DNA of 64,000 nt, from assembly GCA_964106645.2 (NCBI GenBank), contig OZ067046.1; one strand, 5' to 3'. The DNA comes from Podarcis pityusensis (taxonomy: Eukaryota). Positions 12,077 to 26,343 of this stretch are shown one piece after another. The position numbers and the translations under genes were made by a program. A model generated the notes under the pieces. That model searched no databases and was not told the origin of the DNA. It saw only the letters and a list, made by a program, of their open reading frames with translations. Position 1 is the stretch's first letter; every line of letters begins with the position of its first letter.

Positions 12077-12744
12077 CTGGCCAATTAATAGGCAAAAGTC
12101 CAATCTATTCTGGAAATTTTACACAAAACATTGCAAAGAGCAGATTATGTCGTCTCCTCAATTTCATCACATTGGTCTCCTTAAAATCATAAAATGACTT
12201 TGCAGTCATGTAGAGCAATACTATGAATGACTATTCTGAAGTGAGGCCCAATGAGTGCTACCTACTCCTTAAATGTGCCTAGAATAGCAGCCTTAAATAT
12301 TAATTTCATTAGTTATTGCAGTTGCTTCAAACAGCTTCTCTAGCAAGATTGCGGAAAAGGAAATCTAAATGTTTGTTTGAGGAATATATCAGTGGTAAAG
12401 TTTAGCAATGCATTTTGCATTTCATGGAAGTGTGGTTAAAATCAGTTAATTATTAACCTCTTCCATACTTGTGGTTGCTGATTTCATGATTCCTGTCTTC
12501 TGAGTAACATAGATGTTTTTGAAGTATTGCACACTCGGGTGATTTCATCCTACAGTTCTGATGTCTAAATACTGCATTACCTCACTGAATTCCTCCAACT
12601 GTATGTGACGACCTGCCTACCAATTTTCACCCCACACCAACCACAGAATCGCAAGGAGGAATATTTTATTACGTAGCTTCCTCTTTTCAGCATAGCACCA
12701 AAGGCCAGAGAAATTGCCTTGGCACACCTCAAGCTATTTCCAGC

Positions 12745-13000
12745 TAGGGATGAAGGGGAAATTTGGTTCACTTCACGTTAATGCAAATCAACTTAATCTG
12801 CACTTCCCAAAACAATATGAAAACTGGAACACAGCCATCCTTCAAAATATGCACTTATCCAAAGTTTATGATGCAGTTCTTCAATCAAAAAAATGTGTTC
12901 AAAAACGCAGTATTCCTAAAAAAAAAAAATGCATATCCTAGTAAAGCAATATACAAAAATATTGGGCAAATTGCTTGCAAATATGCTACTGGGGAGTTGC
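12745..13000 (+). repeat. Fragment of an AT-rich DNA-transposon-like repeat; related copy inverted at ~34110-34530
   Basis: The block aacacagccatccttcaaaa (12828) matches the reverse complement of tttttgaagcgtggctgtgtttt (34442); TAGGGATG-type end. Confidence 0.55.
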
Positions 13001-13959
13001 ATACACCACGCAAACACCTGATTCTTCCACCTTAAATCAGACCCCAGTTATACATGAAGCAAGGCTTTGATTTCTTTCTTTCAGAAAGAACAGAACGTGA
13101 CTGAAAGCAAGAGATGGATTTCATCTCTTGCTCTCCATCATTAGCAATGCCACTGCCACCAGGTATTTTAAAAAATGCAAAGCACAGGCCCAGGAAAGAC
13201 ATTTGCTTCTGGGTAAATTAAAATGACCTGTGGCTGGGGGAATACTTTGCTCAGCCACTTTGCACACAAAGTAAAAATAGATATCAAAAATAAAATGGGG
13301 GGAGGAGGCAGGAGATCCGGGATTCAGGGTAACAAGCCCGGGGCCCCTAGGCTACCCGCTAACAACACTAAAATTTGCACATGGAAGTGAACCAGCATGA
13401 ACTGGAGGATGGTTATCTGCTTGCAATTGCATGGAGAGTTAACACAGAAAAAACTGCAGCCAGATTCAGTTACTGTGAAGGGAAATGCATTCTGTAGCCA
13501 TCCAGATATATACTATGCCTTGGCATGAGCACATGGTCATGTGGGTGCCTGGAGAGCAGGTTACAATGCCTGCGCTCCTCACGGGGCATTTTGCTGCTGT
13601 GTCACACTAAACGAAGCCATGCTTTGATCTAGTGTAATGTGTGAAATCAAAGCTCATGGTTTAGTTCTCTCTGGACTAATCACACTCTGTAACCACACCT
13701 TGCTCTGTAGTTTACAGCTCATTCTGCCTGGAATAGCTGAACCACGAGCCAAACCATAGCCTAGCTCAGAACAGTGCGGCAGCAAAAGAGCTGGGTGGGA
13801 GTCAAGCAGATGTGATCTCTGCTCTTGGGGGCTACACCTTTGTGCTAAGCCATGGCTGGCTGGCGTGTGATGCGCAAAGTAGGCACCTGCCTTGTAAACT
13901 AATATACCTCTCCATCTTGGCCTAGATGAGATCAAACATTTATGATGTATCATTTATGA

Positions 13960-14242
13960 TGGGGCCAGCCTGTGGCCCTCTAGGTGTTGTTGAACTGCAG
14001 TTCCTATCAGGTCCAGTCATAGGAGCCAACCTCTGGGGGCTGAGGCCCCTTCGCCCTCCCCAATAATATATTTGAGGGGGCAGCACCCCAAAGTTGGTGG
14101 GCATTGCCATTCAAATGTTGTGTGTGCACCGCACTATTCAAGCTGGTCCCCCTGAGTCCAGTTAACTTCACCAAATGGTCAGGAATGGCTGGAGTTGTAT
14201 GTAGGTCACAACATTTGGTGGAGGACACAGGTTTCCCACAAC
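13960..14242. mobile_element. Decayed palindromic hAT MITE interrupted by an unrelated repeat (14020-14150; related copy reversed at ~42190-42300)
   Basis: MITE arms cctgtggccctctaggtgttgttgaactgcagttcc and ggagttgta...acaacattt..ggaggacacaggtt; insert begins aggagccaac and carries gggcattgccattcaaatg. Confidence 0.55.
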
Positions 14243-17200
14243 TGATCCAAAATGTCCATCTATTGAAAACAGTGGGAGCCTATTACGGTAATTAATTATT
14301 ATTCACTTTCATGCCCACCTGAAAATATTGCTGCACTTGATTGTGTTATCACATTTAACAACTTTGTTTTCTGACTGCATTCTTCTCTGATTCATTTGCA
14401 TGTATATTTTCCAGTTAACTAGAAAACCTCAAACAAAGTCAAGTGTCCCGGATGTGATTTGACAGGCCACAAAGTCAAATAAACTGAGAAGGGGAAGGGG
14501 TCAGTAGGTACATGAGATATTGTTATGTGAATCTCTGAGTGGTGAGAGACTTCAGGGGTGCCAGCACTGACCCAGCCTTCAGTTTCCTTGAAATCAAGGT
14601 CACTGGAGACTGTGGTGACTTATGATCGATGGTTTAATTTACACACATCTACATCCTGAGCATCAGATGGCAGGGCTTACAGCGTTAACATGCCAAAGTA
14701 TCTTGGTTCCTCATTAGGTTTCCAGAGAGGCCCCCTCAAAGCCATGGGTTTGGTTTCTGCACAGAGAGCAAGAGAAGTCTCTGCTGAGCCCCTGACCCAT
14801 TGCTCTCCTGCCCCTAAAAGGACGTTGCCTCTAGCCGGGTGGGGTGGAGTAGGGAGACTCATCCCCTCCGTCTGGAGGGAAATAGTTGGAAAGTCACATG
14901 GGTTAAGTAAGAACGTTGTATACTATATCAGTTTTACTTCTGACTGTTCTGCGGCTGAGAGACCCTACCTGCCTGAGGAGGGAGAAAGGGGTGAGATCTT
15001 GCTAGCTGCTTTAAGTACCAAGTAATGCTTTCCTGGATGAAACCGGTGTTCTAGCTCCATAGTTCCTAGGCCCAATTTTGGGACTGAAACTGCCTTGGGC
15101 ATCCTGTATCAGAAGAGATACAGATCAGAAGAGAGATGTCAGAAGAGAGACTGGGGGAGTATTTTAGGTTGTGTGCAGTTTTTATTGTTTATCTTTTATT
15201 CTAATTCTCTCTCTTTTTAAGTTGCTTTGAGTTTCACCTTTACCCCCCCCAAAAAGTAGCTAATAAATAAAATTATTGTTATTGTTATTATTATTATTAT
15301 TATTATTAACAGTGTCAGCCTGAAATCTGTTTTTAGGCTGAAAAGTCAAACCAAAACAGACCTGACAGTGACAAGCAGAAACTTGGGCAGAGATCACCAG
15401 CTGCATCTGCTGCCTAGCTATGACCTCAAACAGCCTTTTGAATCATGACAGTTATCACAGCCCCAAATTACCAGAGGACTCTTTGTCCTTATCCTGCCAG
15501 AAGATTGCACTGAAAGGATCTGGCTATCCACTTCTCATTGCAAAGCCTCACAAAGTTTATATTGATCAGTTTGTTCCTGTGATGAAATTCCATAAAATAA
15601 TTACTACCTCTTTCCTGGTATCTAATTAGACACAACTGAGCTAAGGATTAAGACACATGTTCTGCCTGGCTGTAGGAAAGTAAACAGTAAACAGGAAATA
15701 TGAAGCAACTCCTCAGTGGATCCCTAAGTGCTGGTCCTTTACTTTAATAGCACCTTCTCTTGCTTCCTGTCAAGATGATCAGTCAGTCGCTGTCAATATG
15801 CAATTTCCCCCCCTTAATGTTTTTCATGGATCAGCCCCCCCACCCGCCATTGGTCATAATTAAAGAAAGCCAAACCCATTCACACATATGGAAGGAAGCA
15901 AGGGGGAACTTTGCTAATATTGCATCCTGAGTGAGGATAAAATTTGGTGCGCGCGAGCAGGCGTGCGTGCACACACGCTGCAATGACTCCAGTGGGGCTG
16001 CAGGAGGAGAGGTTCAAAGTTATCTACTTGGAAGTGGTGTTGGAGTGGCAGGGAGGAGAGCCACCTACCCAGTCCAGCCATCCAGGGCACACAAGGAGGT
16101 GCCAAGGGGCTCCTCCAGCCCTGACGTGCCCAAGACACACAAACTGGGGTCTGGGAAGCCCCCCCCCCCGGCTGTACCTCACAGATCCTCTCTAGCGGGG
16201 GCCTGGCACTTGTCTCCCACGCCATCCCCTCACCTCTGGAAGCAACCCCAGGATTGCGACCTCCCTGGTGGCTGCAGCTCCCTCAAGTGGCACCTGAGCC
16301 CGGTCCAGGAAAACAAGTCTCCTGGCTGTAGCAGAGACCCCGAGAGAGCAGGAGGAGGAGGAAAAAGAAGCAGTGACTGGAACAGCTGCATCAGATCTGA
16401 CCATGAGGTGCCTCGTCGTCCGTAGGTAGGCCTCAGGGTGCTCCCTTAGCTTGGTACCCTGTGCAAGTGTACCAGCTGCGCCACCCTAATTCCAGCACCA
16501 GTGCAGAAGGAAGGAAGGAAGGAAGGAGAGAAGGAGGGAGAGAGGGAAAGAGCAAGCAAGCTTGGCACCAATGCACACTTTGTTTGCTTTTCCCTTTGTT
16601 GGGTGTATGGATTTTTTTTTAAGAGTGTGGGTGGGGCCACATGATTATTTATTTGGTAGGACTGTGAAATATCGAAAGATGATGTCTTCTGAATGATTTG
16701 CAAGGTGGGAGGAGGAATTATCAAATGAGAGCCTGGTTGCCTAGTACCCTTATTGAAAGCAGCCATGTGTAATTAAGGCTAAAGCAGGACTGCTCAGGTA
16801 TTACTCTAAATTTATGCGGGGGTGTGGGGTGTGTGGTGGACATTTGTGCCTGCTGCCCTTGTGCTTCACTGCCCTGTTCTGCATGTGCAGCAGAATGAAG
16901 TAGAAAACATGAAACGGTACAGTGGACTGTGCCTGCAGCTCGCAGGGTTTCCTGCAAGTTCGAAAAGCGAAACAAAACAGCTCACACTTCAAGGAGAAAG
17001 ATTCTCCTTTAAGCTACTTCTTGCTCTGCTATTTTTCTGCTTGCATGTTCTTTGCTTAGCGTGAGAGAAAATTAAAAACCCTGATTCCCACTTGTGACCT
17101 GAAGCAATCTTAGGGTTGCATCCTAAATGTGCCAAGGCTGACGCTGGTTTTCCTAGCTTGCCAGAACATATCAACCTAATTCTTGGCTACAAAGCAAATC

Positions 17201-17904
17201 TTAATAGATAATACTCCCTTCTCTCTTCTTTCTACTATTTCTTCCTTATTTTTTACAGAAAATAGAAATGGTGAGGAAAAAGAAAAGCTGCTGTCAAAAA
17301 TGCTTTTGTTTTCATGATGCAGAGAAATCCTGGGGAAATCCACCACAGAAGACTTCTCTAGTGCTGTTTGTGACATCTTCATTCAAGCATAACATGTTTT
17401 TATTCCCTCCAGAACAACTCTTTGAAAAATGGCTTTTAGTAAGACTCTTGAGTGCCATTACCCACATCTTCTCCTCCCGCTGGTAATCTTTAGAAAAAGG
17501 AATGCATGCTGAGACACCATCATGTTCCATGTATCCCTGTCCCGCTGAAGGATTTGGATAAACTGTGAAGCAGGTTCTGATCTAACTCTCCTTTTCTACC
17601 TCCTTTTAACTGGTAATTGCTGCCACTGTTTCTTTCTGGAGGAAACACCTGGGAAGTGTACTGGGTTACTTTCCTTGGTCTCCCCTTCTGTCTTGTCTCA
17701 CAGCCTTGTTGCACATGCAGATAGCTAAGCCTGAAGGCACAGAAGCTCCTGAGTTTGCCATATCCCCAGTCAGAGCAGATCTCCAAATGGAGAGCATTTA
17801 GGATTCAGGATACACAGTAACAAAAGAGGAAGTGGTCCAACAGCACAAATGAAAACAAAAAAGATCCACTTTTACCTTAATGCAGCGAAGCTGATCCATT
17901 AGGG

Positions 17905-18040
17905 CAGGCTTCCTCAAACTCAGCCCCCCAGATGTTTTGAGACTACAGTTCCCATCATCCCTGACCACTGGTCCTGCTAGCTAGGGATCATGGGAGTTGT
18001 AGGCCAAAAACATCCAGAGGGCCGAGTTTGAGGAAGCCTG
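17905..18040. mobile_element. 136-bp palindromic hAT-type MITE
   Basis: TIR CAGGCTTCCTCAAACTC / GAGTTTGAGGAAGCCTG; core gactacagttcccatcatccctgaccactggtcctg; degenerate 8-bp TSD. Confidence 0.85.
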
Positions 18041-18220
18041 GGTAAGGGCAAGTGGGGCACTGCCCATCGGCTATCCCTCCTTAGTCTTGGCTTTTCCTTT
18101 ATAGAATTCAGTAGAAAGAAAGATGAGGGCAAAATGAGAATATGTTGGCTCCGCCTGCCATTGGCTCTAGCGCCACCTACTGTTGGGCTCCCATTGGGCA
18201 CCATCCACTACTGATTTTAT

Positions 18221-18582
18221 AGGGATGTGGGTGGTGCTGTGGTCTAAACCACTGAGCCTCTAGGGCTTGCTGATTGGAAGGTTGGCAGTGATTGGAAGGT
18301 CCTGCAATGGAGTGAGCTCCCGTTGCTCTGTCCCAGCTCCTGCCAACCTAGCAGTTCGAAAGCATGCCAGTGCATGTAGAAAAATAGGTACTGCTGCTGT
18401 GGAAAGGTAAATGGCTTTTCCGTGCACTCTGGCACTCGTCATGGTCCTCCGTGCACCAGAAGCGTTTTAGTCATGCTGGTCACATGACCCGGAAAACTGT
18501 CTGTGGACAAACGTCAGCTCCCTAGGCCTGAAAGCGAGATGAGTGCCGCAACCCCATAGTCGCCTTTGACTGGACTTAACCA
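18221..18582 (+). mobile_element. Sauria/Squam1 SINE
   Basis: Typical head and body, small internal duplication (tgattggaaggt twice) replacing the B box, TSD TACTGATTTTAT (18209-18220, 18583-18594). Confidence 0.92.
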
Positions 18583-19676
18583 TACTGATTTTATTATATT
18601 TGGAAAAATGCAAGCCGGTCTAAACTCATTGGTATTTATGAGGGACAATATATTGGATATGGACTTAGTCCTACTTAATAGACATTCCATTGGTACGCTA
18701 GCCATGATAGACTTACGCCCTGTTGATTTCAACAGGTCTGCTCTAAGCATAACTAAGTCTTGATCCAACTCAACTTAAATTTTGTAGTGTAAATATGTCC
18801 TAATAATTTGCCTCGCAGGCCGGCCACCAGAGAGTCACTGAATTATATGATGCAGTACTTAAAAGAAGAAGTATGCATGTCAAGCAATGTAAACATGCAA
18901 ATATGGAGCAAAAGAAGCAAGACACTAAAACCAGAAAGTTTTCTGCTGTACAGTGAACAAGTAAAGTAAAGCAGAGCACAGAACTTGCTGTTGTGTGCCT
19001 GAAGAATTTTTGCTTATGTTGTGGAAGAAGGCCAGCACACATGATAAATGACTTTATCTTGTTTAAAGATTTATTGCAGGCTACCCTAGCATTACATGAC
19101 CATAACTTGATTATATCTAATTGTGCAGCTTATGATTTTATTTCCTGCAAGCATATGTAGAGATAGATAATATATCCTAACTGAGTTTCCTTTTGTTCCT
19201 AATTCAAGAAAAGGGACAGAGAACTGTTTGCTATCAAGAACAGTTAAGTCCCTAGGAGTCTGACTAGGAAAAAAGACAATAAACTGTTGAATTTAACTGA
19301 GTATGTACTGTGTGTACAACACAGAACATTGTTGACTCTGAACCAGACATACAGAATGCTAAATTCAATATTCAATGGGTTCATTGAGAAACTCAGTCTT
19401 TGTGAGTCCCAGTGTCTGCAACTGCCCTGATCTGCAAGTCCTGACCTAGACCAATGTGTAGATCGGAACTTAGACCACAACCCTAAACACAGTCACCTGG
19501 AAGTAAGTCTCATTCAACTACCTTCTACATGCCTCTTAAGGCAATTTACATATGTACCATAAAAATAACTAAAATGTTTTTAAAGTTTTTTTTTTAAATG
19601 TGGCTGATGATTTATTTGATTTCCTTCACCATACAGGCTGTGGTTCCCTCTTTCTTCTCTGATTTGGGCAAAGAAT

Positions 19677-20250
19677 GAGGATCACTTGAGGACTCAGAGG
19701 GGGGAATGAGCCCTGATGAGATGGGAGACCCAGAGGCTACCCCCTCCCAGCCTGTGGCGAGTGAGCAGCGCCCAGAGGCTGTGACAGAGCAAGAGGAGGA
19801 AGAGGAGGTGCACCTGGCGATGTCTTCCAGAGGGAGGAGGTTCCTTAAGAGATCCCTGAAGAGAAGAGAAGAGAGAACCCCACCCCAAGAGAAGTGCTTG
19901 TCTTCAGGCCAGGAATTCCCACAGAGAGGGGGGCTCTCATGAGTAATTAAGCAATCCCCAGCTCTGCTTTAAAGTTTGATGAGTAGGTGGAGAAACTTGT
20001 TGGAACAACTTGGTGTCCTCCATGCATTCCTGGAGTCTTGCTACTACTCGTGAACTCTTGAACCTTGGTCTTTGTTCTTGGTCCAGATTTATTGGTGTTA
20101 CTCTTCTGCCTTCTAAGAGCACTATCCCTAGAATTTTCATTTACTTTGCCACTGAGTTTTTTAACTGTTAAACTGCTGCAATAAAAGTTTACTACTTTAC
20201 TTTGAAGTAAGCATTTCTGTGGTCTGGGCTTTGAAGATAAGATTCAGACA
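19677..20250 (+). mobile_element. Probable Gypsy-type solo LTR (5' boundary uncertain)
   Basis: Purine-rich segment encoding an acidic/basic pseudo-ORF, then a T-rich stretch, AATAAA at ~20180 and a ...GACA end. No TSD resolved. Confidence 0.4.
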
Positions 20251-20266
20251 AATTACAGTCAAGAAT

Positions 20267-21500
20267 GTTGTTGTTGTTGTTTAGTCATTTAGTCGTGTCC
20301 AACTCTTCGTGACCCCATGGACCAGAGCACGCCAGGCCCTCCTGTCTTCCACTGCCTCCCGCAGTTTGGTCAGACTCATGCTGGTAGCTTCGAGAACACT
20401 ATCCAACCATTTCGTCCTCTGTCATCCCCTTCTCCTTGTGCCCTCCATCTTTCCCAACATCAGGGTCTTTTCCAGGGAGTCTTCTCTTCTCCTGAGGTGG
20501 CCAAAGTATTGGAGTCTCAGCTTCACGATCTGTCCTTCCAGTGAGCACTCAGGGCTGATTTCTTTCAGAATGGATAGGTTTGATCTTCTTGCAGTCCATG
20601 GGACTCTCAAGAGTCTCCTCCAGCACCATAATTCAAAAGCATCAATTCTTCAGCAATCAGCCTTCTTTATGGTCCAGCTCTCACTTCCATACATCACTAC
20701 TGGGAAAACCATAGCTTTAACTATGCGGACCTTTGTTGGCAAGGTGATGTCTCTGCTTTTTAAGATGCTGTCTAGGTTTGTCATTGATTTTCTCCCAAGA
20801 AGCAGGCGTCCTTTACTTTTGTGGGTGCTATCACCATCTGCAGTGATCATGTAGCCCAAGAAAGTAAAATCTCTCACTGCCTCCATTTCTTCCCCTTCTA
20901 TTTGCCAGGAGGTGATGGGACCAGTGGCCATGATCTTTGTTTTTTTGATGTTGAGCTTCAAACCATATTTTGCACTCTCCTCTTTCACCCTCATTAAAAG
21001 GTTCTTTAATTCCTCCTCACTTTCTGCCATCAGTGTTGTGTCATCTACATATCTGAGGCTGTTGATATTTCTTCCGGCAATCTTAATTCCGGCTTGGGAT
21101 TCATCCAGCCCAGCCTTTCGCATGATGAATTCTGCATATAAGTTAAATAAGCAGGGAGACAATATACAGCCTTGTCGTACTCCTTTCCCAATTTTGAACC
21201 AATCAGTTGTTCCATATCCAGTTCTAACTGTAGCTTCTTGTCCCACATAGAGATTTCTCAGGAGACAGATGAGGTGATCAGGCACTCCCATTTCTTTAAG
21301 AACTTGCCATAGTTTGCTGTGGTCGACACAGTCAAAGGCTTTTGCATCAGAAGTAGATGTCTTTCTGGAACTCTCTAGCTTTCTCCATAATCCAGCGCAT
21401 GTTTGCAATTTGGTCTCTGGTTCCTCTGCCTCTTCTAAATCCAGCTTGCACTTCTGGGAATTCTCAGTCCATGTACTGCTTGAGCCTACCTTGTAGAATT
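20267..21500 (-). mobile_element. 5'-truncated BovB (RTE clade) LINE, dead RT/C-terminal region
   Basis: KAFDCVDH, GVRQGCILSPCLFNLY and YVDDTTL motifs; (CAA)n tail; TSD TTACAG(T/C)CAAGAAT (20253-20266, 21501-21514); frameshifting deletion near 21350 and a premature stop at 20650. Confidence 0.96.
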
Positions 21501-22009
21501 TTACAGCCAAGAATAGGTGGGTCCTAATATATCAAGTGTCCGAGGCCACAATAAAGAGGTGCATCTTCCGTATAGGACAAAAAAATACACAATGAAAGTT
21601 GCAGACACACCTCTGTGGGGAAGAAACTCCTTAACTTAGACACTGCCATAAGATTGCCACCCACAACGTCTGCAGAGAATTCCCCCACCCCAACTTAACC
21701 TACTGCTGATGTTACCCAGTTCCCATCATTTGCTGCGGCTGCTGCTGAAGCATCCAGAGACCATATTCCATAGAAGCTCCTACCTAGGAGAAAGCCGCCC
21801 ACAGAACTTCACTTTGGGGGCAACACAGAAATGTTCATGAATTCATCCATGCAGGCCACAAAAGAACCCTACTGCATTCATGACAGATGCAGTAAGAATA
21901 GTGAAATAAATTCATAGAATTGTAGAGCTGGAAGGGACCAGGAGTTGTCCCCAAAATTGATATGCCGCACCTGCTCTACTTTTAAAGATGCAGAACGGGA
22001 TCCATTGTT

Positions 22010-22801
22010 CATAGAATCACAGAACTAAAGAGTTGGAAGGGACATCGAGGATAATCTAGTCCAACCCCCTGCAATGCAAGAATCTCAAAGCATCCATTAC
22101 AGATGGCCAACCAACTTCTGCTTCAAAACCTCCCATGAGGAGAGTCCACAACCTTCTGAGGGAGTCTGTTCCACTGTCAAACAACTCTTACTGTCAGAAA
22201 GTTCTTCCCAATGCTTAATGGGTAATGTCTTTCTTGTAGCTTGAATCCACTGGTTTGAGGAGAAAACAAGCTTGTTCCATCTTCCATGTGACAGCCCTTT
22301 AGGTACTTGAATATGACCATAGTATCTCCTCTGTCTCCTCCTTTCCAGGCTAAACATACTGAACTCCCTCAACTGTTTCTCATAAGGCTTGGTTTCCAGA
22401 CCCTTGATCATCTTGGTCGCCCTCCTCTGCACACATTCCAGCTTGTCAATATCATTCTTCAGTTGTGGTGCCCAGAACTGGACACAGTATTCCAGATGTG
22501 GTCTGACCAAGGCAGAATAGAGTGGTACAATGACTTCCCTTGTTCTGGACACCATACTTCTGTTGATGCAGCCTAGAATAGCATTAGCATTTTTTTTTGC
22601 TGCTACATCTCACTGTTGAGTCATGTTAAACTTGTGGTCTACTAAGATGCCTAGATTCTTCTCACATGTACTACTGGCAAGCCAGGTGTCCCCCATGTTA
22701 TATTTGTAAAGCTGGTTCTTCCTGCCGAAGTGTAAAAACTTACTTGTCCCTACTGAAATTTTATTTTGTTAGTTTGGGCACAGTTCTCCAATCTGTTAAG
22801 G
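22010..22801 (-). mobile_element. CR1 LINE 3' fragment (resumes at ~23801-23825 after a hAT insertion)
   Basis: [28 protein letters not shown]...[17 protein letters not shown]; CR1 3'UTR gggggttggactagat and an ATTCTATG-type tail. Confidence 0.93.
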
Positions 22802-23792
22802 CAGTGGTTTTCCAGCTTTTTGAGTCCATGGCTTCCTTGACCAACCACATTCTTTCTGTGGCTCCACTGGGGGAACCACTTAAACTAGGGGTTTCATTAC
22901 AGGATGCACACAAGTGGGGATTCTCCCGTTCCCCCTCACCTCTGCCCTGCCCTGCCCTGTCCCACCCCACTCTGATGCCGTTTTTGGCGTGCATGTAAGT
23001 GGGAACGCACATGCTGCCAGGAACCCAAGCAATGCAGGCACCAGATCAGGGATGGAAACAACCATCTCCCCCCAAAATGGCGCACACAAGCCACTTCTCT
23101 CTCCCTCATTGGAGAGATCTCAACCTGCATCCCTCTTCCCACAACAGTGACCCCTTCACACCCAGCACAGGCTCTCTGAGGTGCAGATTTACTCCCAGGT
23201 AAAAGCCTTTTTTCTCCATTATGCCCCCTCAAGCAGCAGATCAAAGGGGCACCATTAACACTCCCTCCCCCCAGCAGTCACTATCAGCTGGCCTGACCCA
23301 GCCCAAGCAGCCAAATAGCAGCAGATCAAAAAGGCAAAAAGCCTCTGAGAAGCAAGAAGACACTGAAAATTTCTGGCTTACCCACACATTAACAACAGAC
23401 AAGGGCAGCCAAATCTCTATTTAGGGACACCAGCAGAGGCATACTTTCCCCTTCTACGGGACATGCTTGTGCTCTACCTCACTCTGAGCTTGTGGAAGGA
23501 GCATCTATGTACCGTAAGTGCACCAGAAATGGAGAGCAGGGGGAGGGGAGAGACTAGGAATCTAGGAATCTGGGACTGGGAGGCAGTGAGGAAGAGGAGG
23601 ACTCTAGGAAGCAAGACCACTGCAAGTTAAAGACACAGGCTCCTCTGAACGTTCCTTGGAGAGAAAGGGAGAGAGATAATGCAGGAATATATGGGCTGCA
23701 AGTTAATGAAAGGATGCCTCTGACCCCGGGGCTCCCTTGGATGCTCCTCAAGTCTCCCCAGGGCGCCACGGCACACTGGTTGACAACCAATA
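22802..23792. mobile_element. Non-autonomous hAT (Charlie-like) element inserted into CR1
   Basis: 8-bp TSD TGTTAAGG (22794-22801, 23793-23800); degenerate TIR CAGTGGTTTTCCAGC / GGTTGACAACCAATA; CR1-like sequence resumes after the TSD. Confidence 0.8.
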
Positions 23793-25098
23793 TGTTAAGG
23801 CTATCTTGAATTCTGATTCTGAGATTCTGAAACTCTGAGAACGGCAATGGAAAATCAATCAACCGGGACGGCTATCAACTTTCCCCCTGAAGAAGTATTA
23901 AAGAAACTGGAACTAAACTGAAGTAACTATTAAAGTGTTAAAAGTTCTGCAAGCTCCATTATTTTATTTTGTGCTGCTTATTGGTCTTGCAAGTCCCATA
24001 CAGGGATATTATGACGGAAAGATGATGAAAGAACAGCATATCTCCTATTCTGTCTTTGCAAATTTAGCTGCACTTAAAAGGATAAAGTAACATTTTGTAA
24101 ACTCTTGAACATATCCCTGAAGAAACTCACAGGCAGCCTGGTTCTATATGTGTTTACTCAGAAGTAAGCCTTACTGAGTTCAGTAAGGACATATTGCCAA
24201 GTAACTGCATATCAAATTTTAAACATAGCTTTTTTTTAATCTAATGAAATATCAGTTTTACTTTAACTTATTTATAGTAAGAAGATATAGTTGTTTTATT
24301 TATTCATATTTATATGACTGTAGACACACATTTTCATCCATACATTCATATTTACATATAATATTTTAACCATTCTTACCTTATAAGGCCAGGAACAGAA
24401 TACGTAAGTAACTCTTCAGAAATGAAATATGCCTGGGAAGCTCTGAACTGCTATAATTCTGATCACATGAGTGTTGCTAATAGCATTTGAGAAAAGAAAA
24501 TGCATCCTATTGCTCCTCTTTCCTCCTTTCTGCCTTTCAGAAGGCTTTTTGGCAATTATTTTCCAATTCCCCTACTGGGCATAACAGCCATCATTCACTC
24601 ATACCTTCCTAGCAGCTTTAAGGAATGTTCAGCTACCTTCAGAAACCCTTTCCACAATCAATAAAGGAAACACTACTGAAGAATCACACCCTCATTTAGG
24701 TTGCAGGCTCAGAAATATTTAAAAATTCCTTAAACTTCACCATCCACACCACACACTGAAATTGTAGAGAGAAATTTTTGACAAACATTATGAATTTTGG
24801 GACCTAGATTACTAAAATGTTTTGTGAAAATCCTCATCGTTTTGGTCAACTCAGCTTCACCATCCTTAGCTTAGCTGAACCCTGGGATCCATATATTTCA
24901 AGAAGTTTAAATTTATTCGATTTATGAGTTGCAGTTCACTGTATGACAGTATCCACAGGGTCTTGGAGGCTAAATTAGAAATGATAATAAATTGGCAGCG
25001 AGCCACAGTGCAGTCCACAAAGGCGGCACAAAAGATGGGAAGATAATGGCAATGGTGCTCTGCAGAGCTTTTATCTGCCCCATACTTTTAGATTTGAA

Positions 25099-25494
25099 GA
25101 GGGCCGGCCCAAAGCATTTTGGCACAAGGTGAACCACAAAATGGCGGCAGGGGGGCTGCCAGGGAAGGAGAGGTGAGTGAAGATCTATGTTGGGAACAAG
25201 GCAGAGAATCAAATCAACCTTCCATGAGGCACAGGGGAAGGGGAAGGAGTCCAGTCTGAATCACGTTGGTCAGGTGAAGACTCCAAGAGACACCAGGGGG
25301 GCAGCCTCCGTCATTTCCTTCCCAGGGGTGGGAGGAGACCAGCTGCCCCATCCAGAAGGTGGCAGATGCAACTACCTAGGAATGTGCCACAGACGTCATT
25401 GCATTTGGCAGGGACCAGATATGCTACCCCTGTTGATCCTGCCACCTAAGGTGGTTTGGTTGCCTCACCTTGCCTCTTGGGTGGGCCGGCCCTA
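25099..25494. mobile_element. Non-autonomous hAT (Tip100-like) element
   Basis: TIR AGGGCCGGCCC / GGGCCGGCCCT; 8-bp TSD GATTTGAA/GATTTGAC (25091-25098, 25495-25502). Confidence 0.8.
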
Positions 25495-26343
25495 GATTTG
25501 ACAACAGTCTTGCAATTTTTATTTAGTGCTCCACTGAAAAATATGCTTTCAGAGTCTTCAAATGCTGTTCATATTAGAAGTAAGAAGTATTTATATTAGC
25601 GTGGGAAATATGGCCCCTTCAAGGTCAGGAGCATAGATGGCACTTTCAGCCTGCAAAACATTTTGGATTAGCAAACAAGATATGAAGGATTTAAGTTCAA
25701 TAACTCAGGGCATGTCTGAAAAGGGAATGACTGTACCACTCATGTGGCTTCAATCCAATACATACTAGAGCTCCTGGCTTAAATGGGGACTCAAAGTAAG
25801 TAGCATATTTACTGGAACAGGAATACAAGGCCTTCCCATTAAACCAGCCATTCAGCAACGCTGTTGCACGAATGTTGCCACCATGCTTTCTGCCAGCTCT
25901 CCATATCATCCTCTAGAACTACCTGCTGTTTGGGAACAATAATTTAATTGATGTGTTCATTATACCTACACCCCATTCCTCCTTCAAAGAACCTCACAGC
26001 AGTTCCTGCAAGCCTTAACAGATGTCAGGGCCTGGTGGAGGCCTTGACAAATGTGTGGCGGAGGGGTTTGACCCAGGAGATGGGGCAGCGATTATGGGGT
26101 TTTCTGCCACCTGCAAGGCAGGAGCCGGGATGTGGGGAGGGGAGGAATGGCCACAGCTGCCACAGCTGGAGATGAATATGCAGGATGCATTGGAGGAAGA
26201 GGCTGTTCAAGCAAGGCACAGGCCGGTCGAATCTTTGCCAGCCTGTGTCCTAGAACCAGGAGGGGCTTGGAGAGGGAAGAGCAGTGATGGCTTTCATGGA
26301 AGAGAAGCCTCAGGTTGCACACGCACACCCCATCAGATGAAGG

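Noticed and set aside
15914-16425. GC-rich overlapping ORFs
   Set aside because: Low-complexity, repeat-like sequence without homology; probably an unclassified transposon.
16962-16973. ISRE/IRF-like motif GAAAAGCGAAAC
   Set aside because: A single short motif with no supporting context.
17520-17786. Minus-strand ORF containing GRPRK followed by a GT donor, loosely like the end of human GLUT9 exon 1 (GRRRK)
   Set aside because: Only five residues are similar, the ORF has no ATG start and the donor is mediocre; consistent with chance.
20309-21496. Plus-strand ORFs of 181, 112 and 75 aa, and equivalents at 34909 and 40585
   Set aside because: Antisense shadows of BovB copies, not genes.
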